Assembly: GCA_000431315.1 (NCBI GenBank) | Contig: HF989717.1 | Location: 47,925-111,924, forward strand | Direction: 5' to 3' | From: Brachyspira sp. CAG:484 | GTDB taxonomy: Bacteria > Cyanobacteriota > Vampirovibrionia > Gastranaerophilales > Gastranaerophilaceae | DNA length: 64,000 nucleotides | In this document: in pieces, positions 28,965-37,425 of the stretch | Layout of the letters: every line of letters starts with the position of its first letter | Numbering within the stretch: the first letter of the stretch is position 1 | Notes under the pieces: generated by a model | Database searches by the model: none | Told to the model about the DNA's origin: nothing | What the model saw: only the letters and a program-made list of their open reading frames with translations | Made by a program: the position numbers and the translations under genes

Positions 28965-29219
28965 ATGGCACAAAAAATTATTGTAAAAAACAAAAGAACT
29001 CGTGAACTCTTGGAATTACCCCTGCCGGAATTTAAGGAAAAGTTTAAAGCCGAATTAAAAACGGCTCTTGATAATTTTGAAAAGCAAGAAAGCCGGAAAA
29101 ATTTTCTGCCACTTTATGTTAGACCAAACAATAATTTTGAATCCGATTTTTACTTCAGCTTACGTTGGAATTTCAATAATTTGCAAAACTCGAACTGGTA
29201 TATTGAACGCATCCTTTAA
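28965..29219 (+). CDS. hypothetical small protein
   Basis: 84 aa ORF; followed exactly by repeat copy 2. Confidence 0.3.
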   Translation: MAQKIIVKNKRTRELLELPLPEFKEKFKAELKTALDNFEKQESRKNFLPLYVRPNNNFESDFYFSLRWNFNNLQNSNWYIERIL

Positions 29220-29320
29220 TTAATGTGTCTGAATGATACGAAATGTCTGCAATGACTTCACTTTTGCCCTGCCAAGAGTGATGAATGTCAATGTAGAACA
29301 AAACATAAGGAGACAAAATT
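29220..29320 (+). repeat. conserved intergenic element, copy 2 of 4
   Basis: TAATTAATGTGTCTGAATGATACGAAAT...CAATGACTT...GAGTGATGAATGTCAATGTAGA...AAGGAGACAAAATT, then ATG. Confidence 0.7.
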
Positions 29321-29524
29321 ATGAACAGTAGACAACTGGAAAATTATTTTATTGACAAATTGTATGAGGATGAAGACATAAGTTATGTCGATACTTTTGA
29401 CAATTGTGGTCTTTTAACAAGAAATCAAGGGGTCGTTATCAAATTTAAAAATGGGGATGAGTTCCAAGTTACGATTGTAGAATCTCAATCTGGCAATGGC
29501 TTGGATGAGGAGGATGATTTTTAA
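29321..29524 (+). CDS. hypothetical small protein
   Basis: 67 aa ORF between repeat copies. Confidence 0.3.
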   Translation: MNSRQLENYFIDKLYEDEDISYVDTFDNCGLLTRNQGVVIKFKNGDEFQVTIVESQSGNGLDEEDDF

Positions 29525-29632
29525 ATCTATAAACATTGTGTCTGAATGATACGAAATGCACACAATGACTTGAGAAACGGACTATTCAGAGCGATTAATA
29601 TCAATGTAGACAAGCAAAGAAAGGATTAAATT
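29525..29632 (+). repeat. conserved intergenic element, copy 3 of 4
   Basis: ...TGTGTCTGAATGATACGAAATG...CAATGACTT...ATTCAGAGCGATTAATATCAATGTAGA... Confidence 0.7.
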
Positions 29633-29884
29633 ATGAAACAGACAACTTATAATATCAAATTTTCCGCAAGGGTAAATATTAGCGGAGATCTTCAAGTAAA
29701 AGCGGCAAGTGAAACCGAAGCACAAAAAATTGCAAGACTTATATTAAGACAAAATCTTAACAGTGAGGACTGCCTTATTGAAATAGGAGAAGACGATAAT
29801 AGCAATAACATTACAGTAAGAGAAATGACGCTGTTACCAAATATAACTGCTCTTGATATTCAAGATGCTATGCCACTTGATTAA
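29633..29884 (+). CDS. hypothetical small protein
   Basis: 83 aa ORF between repeat copies. Confidence 0.3.
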   Translation: MKQTTYNIKFSARVNISGDLQVKAASETEAQKIARLILRQNLNSEDCLIEIGEDDNSNNITVREMTLLPNITALDIQDAMPLD

Positions 29885-29981
29885 TGTGTCCGAATGATAC
29901 GAAACACCTGTAATGACTTGATGTATAGACTATTCAGAGTGATTAATGTCAATGTAGATAAGCAAAAGAAAGGACAAAATT
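29885..29981 (+). repeat. conserved intergenic element, copy 4 of 4
   Basis: TGTGTCCGAATGATACGAAAC...TAATGACTT...ATTCAGAGTGATTAATGTCAATGTAGA...AAGGACAAAATT, then ATG. Confidence 0.7.
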
Positions 29982-30497
29982 ATGGCAAAGAAAATTTTAA
30001 AAACGCAAAACAAAGAATGGGGGTTCTGGGGAACAACCGCACAACATTATACCAACAAAGAAACTCAACAGAGATGGAACGATGCTTTTGAAACCCTGCT
30101 TGAATTATCAGGAGCAAAACCCGAACAGGTTAGAGAATTATTAGATGCAAGAATCGGGAGACACTTCGCAGACCAGTGTTTTGGAGAAAAAGACGTTAAA
30201 CAAATTACAAAAGAATGTTATTTTAACTGGCTCGCAAAAGAATTATTTGATGATGCAAATTCTAAAAAGCCATTAGAAACAGAAAAGAATTCAGTTTTAT
30301 TCGGAACTAATGTTTATAACACCATTTATGACAGAGTCGATGTTGTATTATACACTTACAAAAATAAAAACAGAATCCACGAGGATTACGCTTTATGTAT
30401 AACTAAAGACCTTAAAAAATACAGAGTCGGAATGGATTACATTAAACCGATTGATGATATGGATGAGGAAGAATTATGCAAAGCCGGATTGGCTTAA
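29982..30497 (+). CDS. hypothetical protein
   Basis: 171 aa ORF after repeat copy 4; followed by terminator. Confidence 0.35.
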   Translation: MAKKILKTQNKEWGFWGTTAQHYTNKETQQRWNDAFETLLELSGAKPEQVRELLDARIGRHFADQCFGEKDVKQITKECYFNWLAKELFDDANSKKPLETEKNSVLFGTNVYNTIYDRVDVVLYTYKNKNRIHEDYALCITKDLKKYRVGMDYIKPIDDMDEEELCKAGLA

Positions 30498-30517
30498 TCA
30501 ATTAAAATTCAATAACT

Positions 30518-30545
30518 AACGCTATATTTTATAGCGTTTTACTTT
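30518..30545. terminator. rho-independent terminator between convergent gene blocks
   Basis: AACGCTATATTTTATAGCGTT hairpin plus T-run. Confidence 0.55.
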
Positions 30546-30816
30546 TCCCAACATATTCCAAATACCGATTATAACAATTATAAAATACATTTTCTTCATC
30601 AATAAAATTAGACGTCACAAGAGCTTCCCGCATTACATTTACCGGCATTGAATAATAATCACTCGGATAATTTCCCAGTCTTATGATAAGAGAGCCGGAT
30701 TCTGATATCGAATGTTTAACGCAAAAATAATAATCTCTGATTTCATCAGAACCTAAATATATGCAATCTTCGCAATCGTGTTGATATAAAGGTTTTTGTT
30801 TTTCTAATACCGGCAT
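30529..30816 (-). CDS. hypothetical Cys-containing protein
   Basis: 95 aa ORF, last gene of minus-strand early block. Confidence 0.3.
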   Translation of the reverse strand: MPVLEKQKPLYQHDCEDCIYLGSDEIRDYYFCVKHSISESGSLIIRLGNYPSDYYSMPVNVMREALVTSNFIDEENVFYNCYNRYLEYVGKSKTL

Positions 30817-30900
30817 GTTATCCCCTCATGTAAAATAAATTATACAAGAAAAACTCTAATGTTTAAACATTAGAGTAAAGAAGTGATGTTTAAAGATTCA

Positions 30901-31212
30901 CTATTTATCCGGCTTTGGCAAGTTGTGCTTTTTGTGGAGGTTCTTTTTTATAATTTTATAAATATATCTTTGAGATAAATCACATTCGATTGCGAGGCGG
31001 TTTACGGTATATTTTCTGCCGTCATACTGGCTCATGATATACTTTTCTTTTATTTCACGAAACGGATTTTTCGGAATACTTACTGTTAATCCCGGTGAGC
31101 AGAAAATAAGAGCCAAGGCGGATTTTATGCCGGCAGATTCTGCGATGAACTTTAAGTCATCGTTCGGCATATCTTCAGGTTTTATCAAGTCCATCCAAGG
31201 CTTGTAATCCAT
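30901..31212 (-). CDS. Mor-like transcriptional activator (Mu middle operon regulator family)
   Basis: C-terminal HTH NRLAIECDLSQRYIYKIIKK and central Gly-rich region as in Mor/C family; 103 aa. Confidence 0.5.
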   Translation of the reverse strand: MDYKPWMDLIKPEDMPNDDLKFIAESAGIKSALALIFCSPGLTVSIPKNPFREIKEKYIMSQYDGRKYTVNRLAIECDLSQRYIYKIIKKNLHKKHNLPKPDK

Positions 31213-31351
31213 AATCTCCTCTTATTTTGTGGTCTCATCAGTTAACGCATTACGTTAAGACGGTCAGCTTGGCGGATTGCCGGCAGAGGGTGCAAGCGTT
31301 AGCGATACCCGTTTAATGCCGGCAACCAAGAGTTAGTCGACCGTTTCGACC

Positions 31352-31630
31352 TTATTGTGCTAATGTTGTGGAGTAAGCATTTTCAATATCATTTCGAGAT
31401 TGTGTTAATGCGGTTAAAAGATTTTCATTAACATTTACTTCTCTAAGATATTGCGGCATTTTATCTATATCCTCAACGTATGGGAGCATATCTTTCGGGC
31501 TTTTAATATTTCTAATATCCATATCCATTGTTCGTATAACTACATCTGCAATATTAACTTTTGTCTGAGTAATTTTTTGTTGGATATCTACAATCCGTTG
31601 ATCCAAAACTGCTGTTGCTTTGTTTTCCAT
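31352..31630 (-). CDS. hypothetical protein
   Basis: 92 aa ORF with AAAGGAGACAAAA RBS. Confidence 0.3.
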   Translation of the reverse strand: MENKATAVLDQRIVDIQQKITQTKVNIADVVIRTMDMDIRNIKSPKDMLPYVEDIDKMPQYLREVNVNENLLTALTQSRNDIENAYSTTLAQ

Positions 31631-31729
31631 TTTTGTCTCCTTTACTTTTAATTGGTCTCATCAGTTAGAGCCTTACTCTAAGACGAGCCGCTTGATTTAT
31701 CAGCAGCTCGTTTCGACCTCGTGTAAACC

Positions 31730-32053
31730 TTAGTCGGGAAGCATTTTTGCGGGGGTAAGCATATCTTCTAAGTCTCGTTCGATCTTGGATAAGATGAAGA
31801 TTTGTCCTTCAAGAACCTTGCAATCAATTTCACGTTCTTTGGCACAACTCCAGTTATCTTTAACCAGATTTGCATCAGCAAATTTTAATTTTGCATCGTT
31901 CAAACGATCTTCAAGGTCAATTTTTTGATTCCTGATTAACCCCATCATTGCAGATTCTTTTGGATCATCAGAACTGTGAGAGACTTCTCCAAAAAATTGG
32001 TTTTTCATCATTGAACCCATTGAATCGGTTGTTTTTTCTGCTGTTAGCATCAT
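31730..32053 (-). CDS. hypothetical protein
   Basis: 107 aa ORF. Confidence 0.3.
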   Translation of the reverse strand: MMLTAEKTTDSMGSMMKNQFFGEVSHSSDDPKESAMMGLIRNQKIDLEDRLNDAKLKFADANLVKDNWSCAKEREIDCKVLEGQIFILSKIERDLEDMLTPAKMLPD

Positions 32054-32080
32054 TTTTTTCTCCTTTACTTTTCTCTTCTA

Positions 32081-32533
32081 CTACTCAAGTGTGGCCGCAC
32101 TTTTTTCTTTTAATTTCTTTTTTATTGCCGTTATTGCCTGAATAACTTTACAGGCTTTAGCTCTGGTCAAAAACATAATGTCATCGACCTTAAATTTTGA
32201 TTTTAAAAACTTTCGCAGGGATTTTTTCGCAAATTTATCATCATTGAAATAGCAGACATCTCTCCACAAACCCTCAATCATTCTGAGTTGTGCATCTGAT
32301 GCCATATTTTCTGTGCGATTCAAATCTGCATATTTTTTCGGCTGTTTAATCCATTTGTTTATAGCAACAGCTTTATCTTCAAGGATATCTACAAAAATTG
32401 ACGCTTCCGTAAATGTCAAATCCTTTGATGATGTAACATCAAAAGACATAAGCATTTCACGATATAAGTCGTCATCCATACCTATAACATTTTTTAATGC
32501 ATGAATTTTTCTAATCTGAAAAGTCGTAGCCAT
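32081..32533 (-). CDS. GemA-like protein (Mu gp16 / DUF1018)
   Basis: IRKIHALKNVIGMDDDLYREMLMSFDVTSSKDLTFTEASIFVDILE matches DUF1018 N-terminal region; located downstream of B-like gene as in Mu. Confidence 0.5.
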   Translation of the reverse strand: MATTFQIRKIHALKNVIGMDDDLYREMLMSFDVTSSKDLTFTEASIFVDILEDKAVAINKWIKQPKKYADLNRTENMASDAQLRMIEGLWRDVCYFNDDKFAKKSLRKFLKSKFKVDDIMFLTRAKACKVIQAITAIKKKLKEKSAATLE

Positions 32534-32687
32534 ACTTTATCCTCATATCCTCAAGCTGTAACTCACGTCCGTGCTTGATTCCGATTTGTACTCCCAAAAT
32601 AAAAATGGCTAAGGCGATAATAAAAATGTGTAACAATGTGTCGGGTCGGAATAACTTACCATTATTGTTTTTCATTACCGTTCCTCC

Positions 32688-33566
32688 TCAAGCCATTAAT
32701 AATTTGGAAGTTTGTTTAATCACAGCAGCATCGACCTCAGCCTTACCGTTGAATTTAGCAATGCTGATGCTGTGAGAAATTAAGTGTTCTAATCTTCTTG
32801 TGTTTCCATCCGAATACTGAAGATACGTTTCAGCAAGTTTTGTATTCTGACCGATAGACTCAAGAATTTTTATGACGTCTTGAATCAAAATTTTGTCTAT
32901 AATTTTTGTAAATTTAACTCTTGAATAAAGTTGGTCATACTGATTATTGTAGCCTTTCAGATTTTCAAGCAAAATTCCTCTGCCAACTAAAAGAATACCT
33001 ACACCTGCTTTATCATGGATCCGGCGGGTAATTTCTAAGGCTCTATATGGAAGATTTTCAGCCTCATCGATAATTAAAAGTCTGCCGGATTGGTTTAATT
33101 TTCTTACAACTTCATCCATCAAGTCATAAACCGAACCCTTACCGGAAAGTCCTAAACGTCTGTGGATTTCCTTGAGAAGTGATTTTGCGGTGTAACCTGA
33201 ATCGCTTTCAATAAGAAGGGAATCCATAAATTCTTTTATATATCTTTTTACGGCAACGGTTTTACCGAGTCCGGCTTTACCGACACAAACGCCGATTTTA
33301 CCCTGAGTATGACAAAGTCTGCCGATTTCAGTAATATATTTAACCGTTGAAATATCTACAAAAGGCAAGTCACTGTTGCCGGTACGTTCTCTTTCCCTTT
33401 GAATAAAATTATTCATTGCATCGGTGATTTTATCATTCTTACCGTTATAATTGCCGTTCAACCACATACTGATTGTAGATTTAGCCAGACCTGTTGCAGT
33501 AGAAACATAGGCAATACTGTAGTTTTTGGTTTCCATTAAATCTCGCAATTCAGTCCTAATATCCAT
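32688..33566 (-). CDS. DNA transposition ATPase (MuB-like, AAA+)
   Basis: N-terminal HTH, Walker A GKAGLGKT, Walker B LLIIDEAENL; immediately downstream of transposase. Confidence 0.65.
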   Translation of the reverse strand: MDIRTELRDLMETKNYSIAYVSTATGLAKSTISMWLNGNYNGKNDKITDAMNNFIQRERERTGNSDLPFVDISTVKYITEIGRLCHTQGKIGVCVGKAGLGKTVAVKRYIKEFMDSLLIESDSGYTAKSLLKEIHRRLGLSGKGSVYDLMDEVVRKLNQSGRLLIIDEAENLPYRALEITRRIHDKAGVGILLVGRGILLENLKGYNNQYDQLYSRVKFTKIIDKILIQDVIKILESIGQNTKLAETYLQYSDGNTRRLEHLISHSISIAKFNGKAEVDAAVIKQTSKLLMA

Positions 33567-35499
33567 TTGCTACTCCTTTTAATTCTTGTTCGAGGATTTT
33601 ATCCGTTTCATATAAATAGAGCGGCTTATCCTCCGGCTTAGTTTCGTCAATGAACATTGACAGATCATATTTTCCAAAAGATTCCATCTCTTTATTTTTA
33701 CGAATCGCTTTGTCCATATTAGTGTTGGCAATTCTTGAAACTTTCGGTTTTGCCTCTTTTTCTACGCTGGCATATGCCGCTTTATAATTTGCACATTTTT
33801 CTTCAATGCTAATTTCACGAGTTTGTTTAATATATGATTTTGCAATCTTCAAACTGCGTTTTTTAATAGACATTGCTTCTTTAAATGCCTCTTTTGAAAC
33901 TTCATCTGCATGTAATGCGGCAACAGCTTTGACAGCTGTCGCTTTGCCCACAAAGGCATTGTTATCGGCTCTAAATACCCACGCAATTTTGTAATTCTGA
34001 ATATCCCGGCGGAGATAGACTTTTAATCCTGTATGGGATATCATCCAATCAGCCCAGTAAGTAATACCTAATTGATTATCTTTAATACCATTTCTTCTAA
34101 TAGTGTAATCTTTAGAAGTTCTGGTGCAGAATAATTTCAAAGCATCACTGCTTACTGTAATTTTTTCTTTAAATTCCTGATTAAATAACTCATCAGGAGA
34201 TAAACCTTTAAGGTTCTTACCCTGCGAGGAACGTTTGTTGAGAACATTAATCACAAAATCATCAAAAACTTCCTTAAACTCATTAAACGGAATAATTTTA
34301 CCGGCTTTAATTTCTTTTGCTAATTTTTCAGGACGTTCAACAACATTTCCGCCTCTATAACCTACACAGTGTTTTGATAAAAGTTCTTTTATCTTTAAGA
34401 AATCTCTTTCTATAGGTTTTGTTTGTGCATTATATGGTAATGCAAAATTTGCCCTGATATTTAATTCAGAAAGCATACATGTTGTTTCAAATTGGTCTGC
34501 TTCAATTTTAAATTTACGACCGCCGGCAAAGTCTTTTGAACGATAATCTTTACCGTTATCAATAATCACATCTTTTGGCAGTCCGTATTGCTCGGCAGCA
34601 TAATAAAAAGATTGAAATATATGGTCAGAATTAGGATGCCCGCATTGCAGAATCCAACCGAGCCATTTCCCTGATTTATAATCTCGCCAAGCTGTAACCC
34701 AAGGAAATACAACGTTGCCGTCTTGAGTAAGACAGGCAACGTCAATTTGAGCGTGGTCTGAAACCCACACTTCACCGCAAATTACAGAAGAGTAATCTCT
34801 ATCAATGTAATTGCCGTATTTCCTATTCCAAGCGGATTCCCCATATCTCGCTAAATAAATACTTTGCTCAGGAATTTCACGCTCCAAACGTCTTTTAAAA
34901 GTTGCGTGACAAGGAAATTCATATCTACTAATTCCATATTCACGCATTGCATATCCTAGGGTTTGCTCCCAACAACTCCGCAGGGATGGCGCACCCTCAA
35001 CTAAATAAAGATTTTTAAAATATTCAAAATAACAATCTTCAATTATTGATCTGCCTGAATTATTACCATATTTTGATAGCAAACCATTTATTCCACTAGT
35101 AAAGTATCTATTTCTCATTCTAATTAAGGAAGAATAAGATGTTTGGTTATCAGGATTATTTTTATTCCAATTTTCGATGAACAGTTTTAAGGCTCTGCCT
35201 TTCAAACAAAGACTTTTTTTGATAACATCTATGTATCTGTCTGCCTGAATTCGTGACCATAAAGGGGCTTCAGAATATTTTTTATTATCAGATTCGTTGT
35301 CAACTTTTTTTGATATAGGTAAAGATGAATAACGAATAAAAATTTGTTTTATATTATCTTTTACTTCAATTTTATAAATAAAATCACCTTTGTAGCAGCG
35401 ATTTTTGATTGTCTTTTCTTTGACATTCAAAAGGTTACACGCTTCTTGAATTGAAATCCAAGTCGGAATATTTGATTTTACTTGCTTGATTTCATTCAT
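33556..35499 (-). CDS. Mu-type DDE transposase (MuA-like)
   Basis: N-terminal HTH; catalytic VWVSDHAQIDV (D), IIDNGKDYRS (D), PYNAQTKPIERDF (E) in rve-like core; 647 aa. Confidence 0.7.
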   Translation of the reverse strand: MNEIKQVKSNIPTWISIQEACNLLNVKEKTIKNRCYKGDFIYKIEVKDNIKQIFIRYSSLPISKKVDNESDNKKYSEAPLWSRIQADRYIDVIKKSLCLKGRALKLFIENWNKNNPDNQTSYSSLIRMRNRYFTSGINGLLSKYGNNSGRSIIEDCYFEYFKNLYLVEGAPSLRSCWEQTLGYAMREYGISRYEFPCHATFKRRLEREIPEQSIYLARYGESAWNRKYGNYIDRDYSSVICGEVWVSDHAQIDVACLTQDGNVVFPWVTAWRDYKSGKWLGWILQCGHPNSDHIFQSFYYAAEQYGLPKDVIIDNGKDYRSKDFAGGRKFKIEADQFETTCMLSELNIRANFALPYNAQTKPIERDFLKIKELLSKHCVGYRGGNVVERPEKLAKEIKAGKIIPFNEFKEVFDDFVINVLNKRSSQGKNLKGLSPDELFNQEFKEKITVSSDALKLFCTRTSKDYTIRRNGIKDNQLGITYWADWMISHTGLKVYLRRDIQNYKIAWVFRADNNAFVGKATAVKAVAALHADEVSKEAFKEAMSIKKRSLKIAKSYIKQTREISIEEKCANYKAAYASVEKEAKPKVSRIANTNMDKAIRKNKEMESFGKYDLSMFIDETKPEDKPLYLYETDKILEQELKGVANGY

Positions 35500-35716
35500 T
35501 AATTGTGTAATCCTTTACTTTTATTCCGAAAATCTTTTCAATAATGTAAATGTCAATTTCCGGACAACCTCTCTCCCCAGTCAAATAGCGGCTTACTACA
35601 CTTTTGGATATATGCAAATCCATCTGAATTTCTTTTGATTTAAGCTCCAAAAGAGAAAAAATTATTTTAGTTAAAACTAGTTTTTTGCAATAAACACAAT
35701 CTGACATATTTTTCAA
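35492..35716 (-). CDS. Ner-like small HTH DNA-binding regulator
   Basis: 74 aa with HTH (LHISKSVVSRYLTGERG), directly upstream of transposase as ner is in Mu. Confidence 0.4.
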   Translation of the reverse strand: MKNMSDCVYCKKLVLTKIIFSLLELKSKEIQMDLHISKSVVSRYLTGERGCPEIDIYIIEKIFGIKVKDYTINE

Positions 35717-35736
35717 TCCTCTCTTGATATAGTTAG

Positions 35737-35760
35737 TTGTCCTATATCAAGCTGTATAAG
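35737..35760. promoter_or_regulatory. palindromic operator-like site upstream of Ner-like/transposase operon
   Basis: CTTGATATAG ttagttgtc CTATATCAAG inverted repeat. Confidence 0.35.
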
Positions 35761-36053
35761 ATTTTTAAAATTTTTCTATAAGCCGACTGTCCAGTATTTT
35801 TGCACAGCAGAATAATGCCTAATAAGGCAATATGACTGGCTCTACCGGGAAATCTTTAACCTATAACTAAATTATATTTAAATTACTTTTATATGGAAGA
35901 GGTGGAAATTCAGCAGCGGGGAATATTCCCCGACTTTTAAAAGTAATAAACAGTAATAACAATAAAAGAAAAAATTAGAAAATTTTTAATATTTACTTTT
36001 AAAGCAGACAACAAAAAGGATAAGGACTATTTAAAAAATCGGGGAAAAGTTTA

Positions 36054-36743
36054 TTAAGAAATATTAAGCAAATTAACTTTTAAATCATAATACAGTTCTT
36101 CAAAACTCTTTTCATGTCTCCAAATATATTCAGCCAGTCGAAAATACATATATTTTTCATTAATATTGTGGCTTTCAATTCTTGAAAGATAGCAATACAT
36201 CCGTTTAAATTCCCGAACTTCTTCCTTGCTGTAATTCTTTTCAAGAGTGGCTCTAAGAAGTTTATCACTTATAAATACTTGATTGTTGTAAACATAGAAA
36301 TAAGCATATTTTTCATAAAATTTGCGATATCTTCCTATTTGTGGTTTTTCGAAAAACAGGCGGAATAGTTCTTTAATTTGTCTTTCGTATATTAATTTTC
36401 TAAATAAAAAATAATAATCACATATACATTTATCTTTGACGCTGATAAAATGTTGTAATTTTTGTGGTGAAATTTCCAAGCAAAAACCTTTTAAAATAAT
36501 TTCAATTTCCTCATCAGAACGGTATTGAAACATCAAATAAAGATTTTTATTTAGAATGTCACCCTTTATTTTTTTAGTATAAGCAGGAGTTATAATTCCA
36601 TTCTTTTCTTGAATCAGTCCTTCCTGCTCCAAACACAAAACAACAGTTTCAATAATAGGTTGTTCGGTTTCCATAAATTGTACAATATCTTCAAGCGTAC
36701 ATTTTTTCAATCTTTTGCACAGTTTTAATACTTGGTCTTTCAT
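36054..36743 (-). CDS. hypothetical protein with N-terminal winged-helix-like domain
   Basis: 229 aa; LEDIVQFMETEQPIIETVVLCLEQEGLIQEKNG looks wHTH-like; downstream of second ATPase. Confidence 0.3.
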   Translation of the reverse strand: MKDQVLKLCKRLKKCTLEDIVQFMETEQPIIETVVLCLEQEGLIQEKNGIITPAYTKKIKGDILNKNLYLMFQYRSDEEIEIILKGFCLEISPQKLQHFISVKDKCICDYYFLFRKLIYERQIKELFRLFFEKPQIGRYRKFYEKYAYFYVYNNQVFISDKLLRATLEKNYSKEEVREFKRMYCYLSRIESHNINEKYMYFRLAEYIWRHEKSFEELYYDLKVNLLNIS

Positions 36744-37422
36744 TCAATATTCCTTTCAAAGTATATTCATCAAGTTCATCAATTTTATTTGTTTCGGATA
36801 TTTTTTCAATTCTGTTAATCAGCTTAACTAGTTGTCTGAACTGGTTTGTCCTTGTTGACAAATATTCTATTGCATCTTCAGTAAAATTAAGACCCGTAAG
36901 TTCCGCTATAATTTCTTTTATATCAGAACTGTTAAATTGTTCAAATTTCAGTTTCTTAAAAAGCCTGTCTTCGAAATGTTTAAACCTTGCAATCTTTTTA
37001 TCCATAGACCCCATTCCTGATAATACAATAGGACAGCCTGTTAAATCCTGAATATCCCTCAATATTTCTATTACATTTTTACTGCCAATTAGGTAATCAA
37101 CTTCATCGACAATAATTATTTTCGATTGTTGTTTTAGTATTTTTACTATTAAATTAAAATTTTCCTGAGAAATATAAAAAGGTCTTTCCCCAAGTTCTTC
37201 AAGTATTTCCCTTAATAATCCACCTTGTGTCATTTCATTATTTGCTCTAACGTAAACCGCATCATTTCGTGTTGCCCACCAGATAATTGTATTTGTTTTT
37301 CCGAGTCCATGGTCGCCGTAAACTAATGCAAGTTTCGGAATATTCGGCGGAAGTTTCTGCAACTCGTCCATTAAAGCCACAAACCGCTTGACGTTTTTTG
37401 TTTTAATAAATGTTTTCTTCAT
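36691..37422 (-). CDS. transposition AAA+ ATPase (TniB/TnsC/MuB-like), second copy
   Basis: Walker A GDHGLGKT, Walker B IIIVDEVDYL; 243 aa, directly downstream of second transposase. Confidence 0.55.
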   Translation of the reverse strand: MKKTFIKTKNVKRFVALMDELQKLPPNIPKLALVYGDHGLGKTNTIIWWATRNDAVYVRANNEMTQGGLLREILEELGERPFYISQENFNLIVKILKQQSKIIIVDEVDYLIGSKNVIEILRDIQDLTGCPIVLSGMGSMDKKIARFKHFEDRLFKKLKFEQFNSSDIKEIIAELTGLNFTEDAIEYLSTRTNQFRQLVKLINRIEKISETNKIDELDEYTLKGILNERPSIKTVQKIEKMYA

Positions 37423-37425
37423 AGA

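Noticed and set aside
27975-29981. CRISPR array or integron cassette array
   Set aside because: Repeat units are ~100 bp and separate protein-coding ORFs of 200-800 bp, not 25-50 bp repeats with short spacers. No cas genes, no IntI, and no attC-type R''/R' (GTTRRRY) cores were recognised.
29894-30091. 65-aa ORF overlapping repeat copy 4 and the start of the 171-aa gene
   Set aside because: It starts inside the conserved intergenic element and overlaps a better-supported downstream ORF in another frame, so it is likely spurious.
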